Source: Pseudomonadota bacterium (lineage in GTDB: Bacteria; Pseudomonadota; Gammaproteobacteria; Burkholderiales; JALYOK01). Taken from it: a stretch of DNA of 36,582 nucleotides. A program made the position numbers and the translations under genes. Shown one piece after another: positions 33,987 through 36,582 of this stretch (positions within the stretch are counted from its first letter, which is position 1; the number at the start of each line of letters is the position of its first letter). Under the pieces are notes generated by a model. It worked only from the letters and a program-made list of their open reading frames with translations, did not search any database and had not been told where the DNA came from. The stretch is from NCBI GenBank assembly GCA_031406045.1, contig JANOGO010000279.1, positions 1 through 36,582 on the forward strand, written 5' to 3'.

Positions 33987-34625
33987 TTAGAACCAGCTTT
34001 CTGGAATCACCAGTACATCGCCCGGACGCATTTCAACGTTCGCCGAGATATCGCCTTCTTTAATCAAATCTTCGAGGCGCACAGAAAACTGCCGGCTTTT
34101 ACCATTCACCGCACGTAGAATGCTTGCGCTGTTGCCGTTGGCAAATTCGGTTAGGCCGCCGACCGCAATCAGAACATCAAGCAAAGTCATGCGCTCTTTG
34201 TATGGTAAGGCTTGCGGTTTTGCTGCCTGGCCAACAACGCGAATTTGCTCGCTGAAGGGTCCGGCAAAATTCGTCACCATGACCGAAACGATGGGGTCTT
34301 GAATATATTTCGACAATGCTTTTTCGATATCGCGAGCCAGTTGGCTGGTAGTCTTGCCGCTGGCGTGGATATCTTCGACCAGCGGCGTGGTGAATTTTCC
34401 GTCCGGCCGTACCGGAACAGTGGTCGAAACCTCCGGATTGCGCCACACCACGATATTTAAAACGTCTCCCGGGCCAACTAAATAGTCCGTCCCGGCAGCC
34501 GAGTCGGCGCGCGCCGGCGCTAATGGATGTCCCTGCTGAAATGCGCAGCCCGCGAACAAAAAAGCCATAAAAAACGCTACAATCGGAGCAAGTTTAAGTG
34601 GGGATTTAGACTTAAGCGCTTTCAC
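33987..34625 (-). CDS. epsE: Wza-like polysaccharide export outer-membrane lipoprotein, EpsE type
   Basis: The Poly_export motif is YLVGPGDVLNIVVW. The lipobox LFAGC lies in VKALKSKSPLKLAPIVAFFMAFLFAGC. I prefer the GTG start at 34625 (GGAG 9 nt upstream). The track ORF extends to the ATG at 34691. Confidence 0.85.
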   Translation of the reverse strand: MKALKSKSPLKLAPIVAFFMAFLFAGCAFQQGHPLAPARADSAAGTDYLVGPGDVLNIVVWRNPEVSTTVPVRPDGKFTTPLVEDIHASGKTTSQLARDIEKALSKYIQDPIVSVMVTNFAGPFSEQIRVVGQAAKPQALPYKERMTLLDVLIAVGGLTEFANGNSASILRAVNGKSRQFSVRLEDLIKEGDISANVEMRPGDVLVIPESWF

Positions 34626-34712
34626 CAGGGGTTCTCCGGAGAGTTGATTAGAAGACTGCCGAATTTGAATTTTACGCAAATTTTGATGCATTTTCGGGGC
34701 AGCACACAGTCA

Positions 34713-34740
34713 AATTTAGCGTAAACACGCGCATTGTCAA
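34713..34740 (-). promoter_or_regulatory. Candidate sigma70 promoter of the EPS operon
   Basis: On the minus strand the sequence reads TTGACA (34740-34735), a 16-nt spacer, then TAAATT (34718-34713). It lies upstream of epsE. Confidence 0.3.
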
Positions 34741-34966
34741 CCCTTTAGCCTTTTAGCCGCAAGTGTTTTTTGTCGACTCGGGTTTTTCGTAAGCGCTCAA
34801 ACCTTTTCTTTACAACCGTGTACACGAGAATTAAAATGAAGAGTATTAGAAAACGTTGTATCCTGTTTAAAATTAGTGCAAAAGCTAGATAAAACCTAAA
34901 TTAGCCCCGATCAACGCAAAACGGTCAGCTGTTTGGCGTTAAATTGGGACCTCGAGCTGCTTCCAT

Positions 34967-35764
34967 GTGACCTCGATACTAAGGCTGGGTCAAAAAATGG
35001 TCATTTCATCAAAGAAAAACGAGTTGTCCGGCGACACCATTATTCGGGTGCCGTTAGGCTTTCGGGCCGCCGGACCACTCATGCAGGAAAGGCCTGATGT
35101 TGCCGATACCCTTGAGCATGTTGTGGATCGTAAAGAGTTCAAAATACGGCTAGCCGACACCCACGGCCAGCGCAGTTCCGCGAGCATGCTGATCAAGAAA
35201 ATGTATTCTTGGCGCGGCTATCAGACGGCGTTTAACGCTGAAGAGCAGCCCAATCGCATGACGCTGGTTGCGTCCAGTGACGATCAAACCATCGGCACCA
35301 TAACGATTGGTTTCGACTCGCCGATTGGTCTGTTGGCCGACGATCTTTACCAAGTCGAACTCAACGCGTTGCGTTCCCAAGGGCGGCGCCTCTGCGAATT
35401 CACCAAACTCGCCGTCGACGGCGAAATCAAATCCAAGCAAGTGTTGGCGGCTCTGTTTCATATCGCCTTTATTTATTCCTTCGATATCCAGAAATTCACC
35501 GATTTGCTAATCGAAGTAAATCCGCGCCATGTTAAATACTACGAGCGCATGCTCGGTTTTGCCGGTTGGGCCGAAACCCGAATGAATCGCCGCGTCAATG
35601 CGCCGGCCGTATTGCTGCGCTTGGAACTGGATTACGTCCGCGCTCAGATTAATCGATTCGGTGGCAAGCCCGAATCGGCCAGTTCGGAAAAATCGCTGTA
35701 TCCGTTCGCATTTTCGCAAGGTGAAGCGGTTGGAATTTCAAATCGCCTGGCACACCTGAGTTAA
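34967..35764 (+). CDS. N-acyl amino acid synthase (FeeM/LuxI-like GNAT), PEP-CTERM/exosortase system-associated type
   Basis: The 265-aa ORF (GTG at 34967; alternative ATG at 34997) contains CEFTKLAVDGE...LIEVNPRHVKYYERMLGF...VNAPAVLLRL, which resembles the FeeM-type N-acyl amino acid synthase core. It diverges from the eps operon. Confidence 0.78.
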   Translation: MTSILRLGQKMVISSKKNELSGDTIIRVPLGFRAAGPLMQERPDVADTLEHVVDRKEFKIRLADTHGQRSSASMLIKKMYSWRGYQTAFNAEEQPNRMTLVASSDDQTIGTITIGFDSPIGLLADDLYQVELNALRSQGRRLCEFTKLAVDGEIKSKQVLAALFHIAFIYSFDIQKFTDLLIEVNPRHVKYYERMLGFAGWAETRMNRRVNAPAVLLRLELDYVRAQINRFGGKPESASSEKSLYPFAFSQGEAVGISNRLAHLS

Positions 35765-35810
35765 CCCAATTCCTATTGCCCCCGAAAGTCGCAGGCCACG
35801 GAGTGAGTAA

Positions 35811-36582
35811 ATGATCAGATGTAAGCGCTGCCTTTTGCCAGGAACGGCTCCAGGCGCGGATCTTGACGGCGCCGGTACATGCGGATATTGCCGCACTTAT
35901 AAGCCGGTCGACGCCCGAGTGTCGGAAACGCTGCGTAAGGCGCGCGAAACCGATCTGGAGCGTGCCATCACTGAGAGCCGCGGGCAGGGCGAATACGATT
36001 GTTTGGTGTGCTTAAGCGGCGGCAAAGACAGCGTCTATTTGCTGCACAAACTCAAAAAAGAGTATGGCCTGCGAGTGTTGGCGTACACCACCGATATCGA
36101 TATCGGTGAAATCGCCTGGAACAACATTCACCGCTGCGTCGAAAAACTCGATGTCGAACACGTTGTCTACACGCCGGAAAAGGAATTTTATCGCCGGCTG
36201 TTCCGCTATTTGCTGAAAAACCAAGAGGAACGCGGCGCCGTCCATACCGTATCGTATGTTTATGCACCGTTATTCGAAGGCAACGCGATTAAGCTCGCGG
36301 TGCAAAAAGGTATCCCGCTGATTTTGGCCGGCTATTCGCCCGGCCAGCCCGATCCGGAGCGCATGGAATATGAATTTCCACCGCTCGCCATTTCCGAAGT
36401 CGATTGGACGCCGCCGGAATTGAAGGCAAGCGGCGAATTCGACGAGGCCGATTTGCTACGCTTTTGGAATCCCAATCGCTATCCCGCCGGGACCAAAATG
36501 CCGCGCTATATCGCGCCGTTTCACGCCTGGGAATACAACCAAGACACGATCATGAAAAAAGTGGTCGAACTCGGGCTGATCG
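35811..36582 (+). CDS. PP-loop ATP-pyrophosphatase with N-terminal zinc ribbon (N-acetyl sugar amidotransferase/WbpG-like); 3'-partial
   Basis: This ORF is not in the track because it runs off the window. ATG at 35811 with GGAG about 8 nt upstream. The translation is MIRCKRCLLPG...CGYCRTY (CxxC...CxxC) followed by the PP-loop CLVCLSGGKDSVYLLHKL. The frame stays open to the window end (257 codons). Confidence 0.8.
   Translation, partial: MIRCKRCLLPGTAPGADLDGAGTCGYCRTYKPVDARVSETLRKARETDLERAITESRGQGEYDCLVCLSGGKDSVYLLHKLKKEYGLRVLAYTTDIDIGEIAWNNIHRCVEKLDVEHVVYTPEKEFYRRLFRYLLKNQEERGAVHTVSYVYAPLFEGNAIKLAVQKGIPLILAGYSPGQPDPERMEYEFPPLAISEVDWTPPELKASGEFDEADLLRFWNPNRYPAGTKMPRYIAPFHAWEYNQDTIMKKVVELGLI

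Noticed and set aside
34934-34948. TGGCGTTAAATTGG, a sigma54-like string upstream of the N-acyl amino acid synthase
   Set aside because: The spacing between the GG and the second element is 1 nt short, and the -12 GC is replaced by GG.
1-36582. Search for tRNA/rRNA genes, CRISPR arrays, transposases, integrases, toxin-antitoxin or defence-system genes
   Set aside because: I noticed no regularly spaced direct repeats, cloverleaf-like segments or recombinase/nuclease-like ORFs. Every long ORF is accounted for by EPS or sugar metabolism. A visual scan cannot exclude short or degenerate elements.

Overview
This 36.6-kb window is mostly one proteobacterial exopolysaccharide (EPS) island built around exosortase A (XrtA) of the PEP-CTERM protein-sorting system. 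The core is about 15 tightly packed minus-strand genes (15007-34691). In order they encode a Wza-like exporter, a Wzz-like chain-length determinant, a separate BY-type tyrosine kinase, a beta-barrel outer-membrane protein, an ExeA-like AAA ATPase, WecB, a PEP-CTERM-type polysaccharide deacetylase, a FemAB-like protein, two system-specific glycosyltransferases flanking an XrtA-EpsI fusion, an AsnB-type amidotransferase, a GT4 glycosyltransferase, a secreted Kelch/beta-helix protein and a second deacetylase. A plus-strand cassette (10223-14916) runs convergently into this operon and encodes an AMP-forming acyl-CoA ligase, a PLP decarboxylase and an atypical AsnB-like enzyme. To the left lie a secreted TPR-like protein, an 820-aa Wzy/O-antigen-ligase-like membrane protein, ManC, a secreted trypsin-like protease, WbpO/WbpP-like UDP-HexNAc dehydrogenase and epimerase, a probably frameshifted small secreted protein, a PaaI-type thioesterase and a decayed region (gene remnant plus two palindromic elements). 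At the right edge, diverging from the EPS operon, are an exosortase-associated N-acyl amino acid synthase and a partial PP-loop/zinc-ribbon amidotransferase-like gene. I found no rRNA, tRNA, CRISPR array, transposase or integrase. I also found no PEP-CTERM substrate gene, priming glycosyl-phosphate transferase, Wzx flippase or PrsK/PrsR regulator in the window. All family assignments come from motif reading of the translations and need confirmation by HMM or BLAST.
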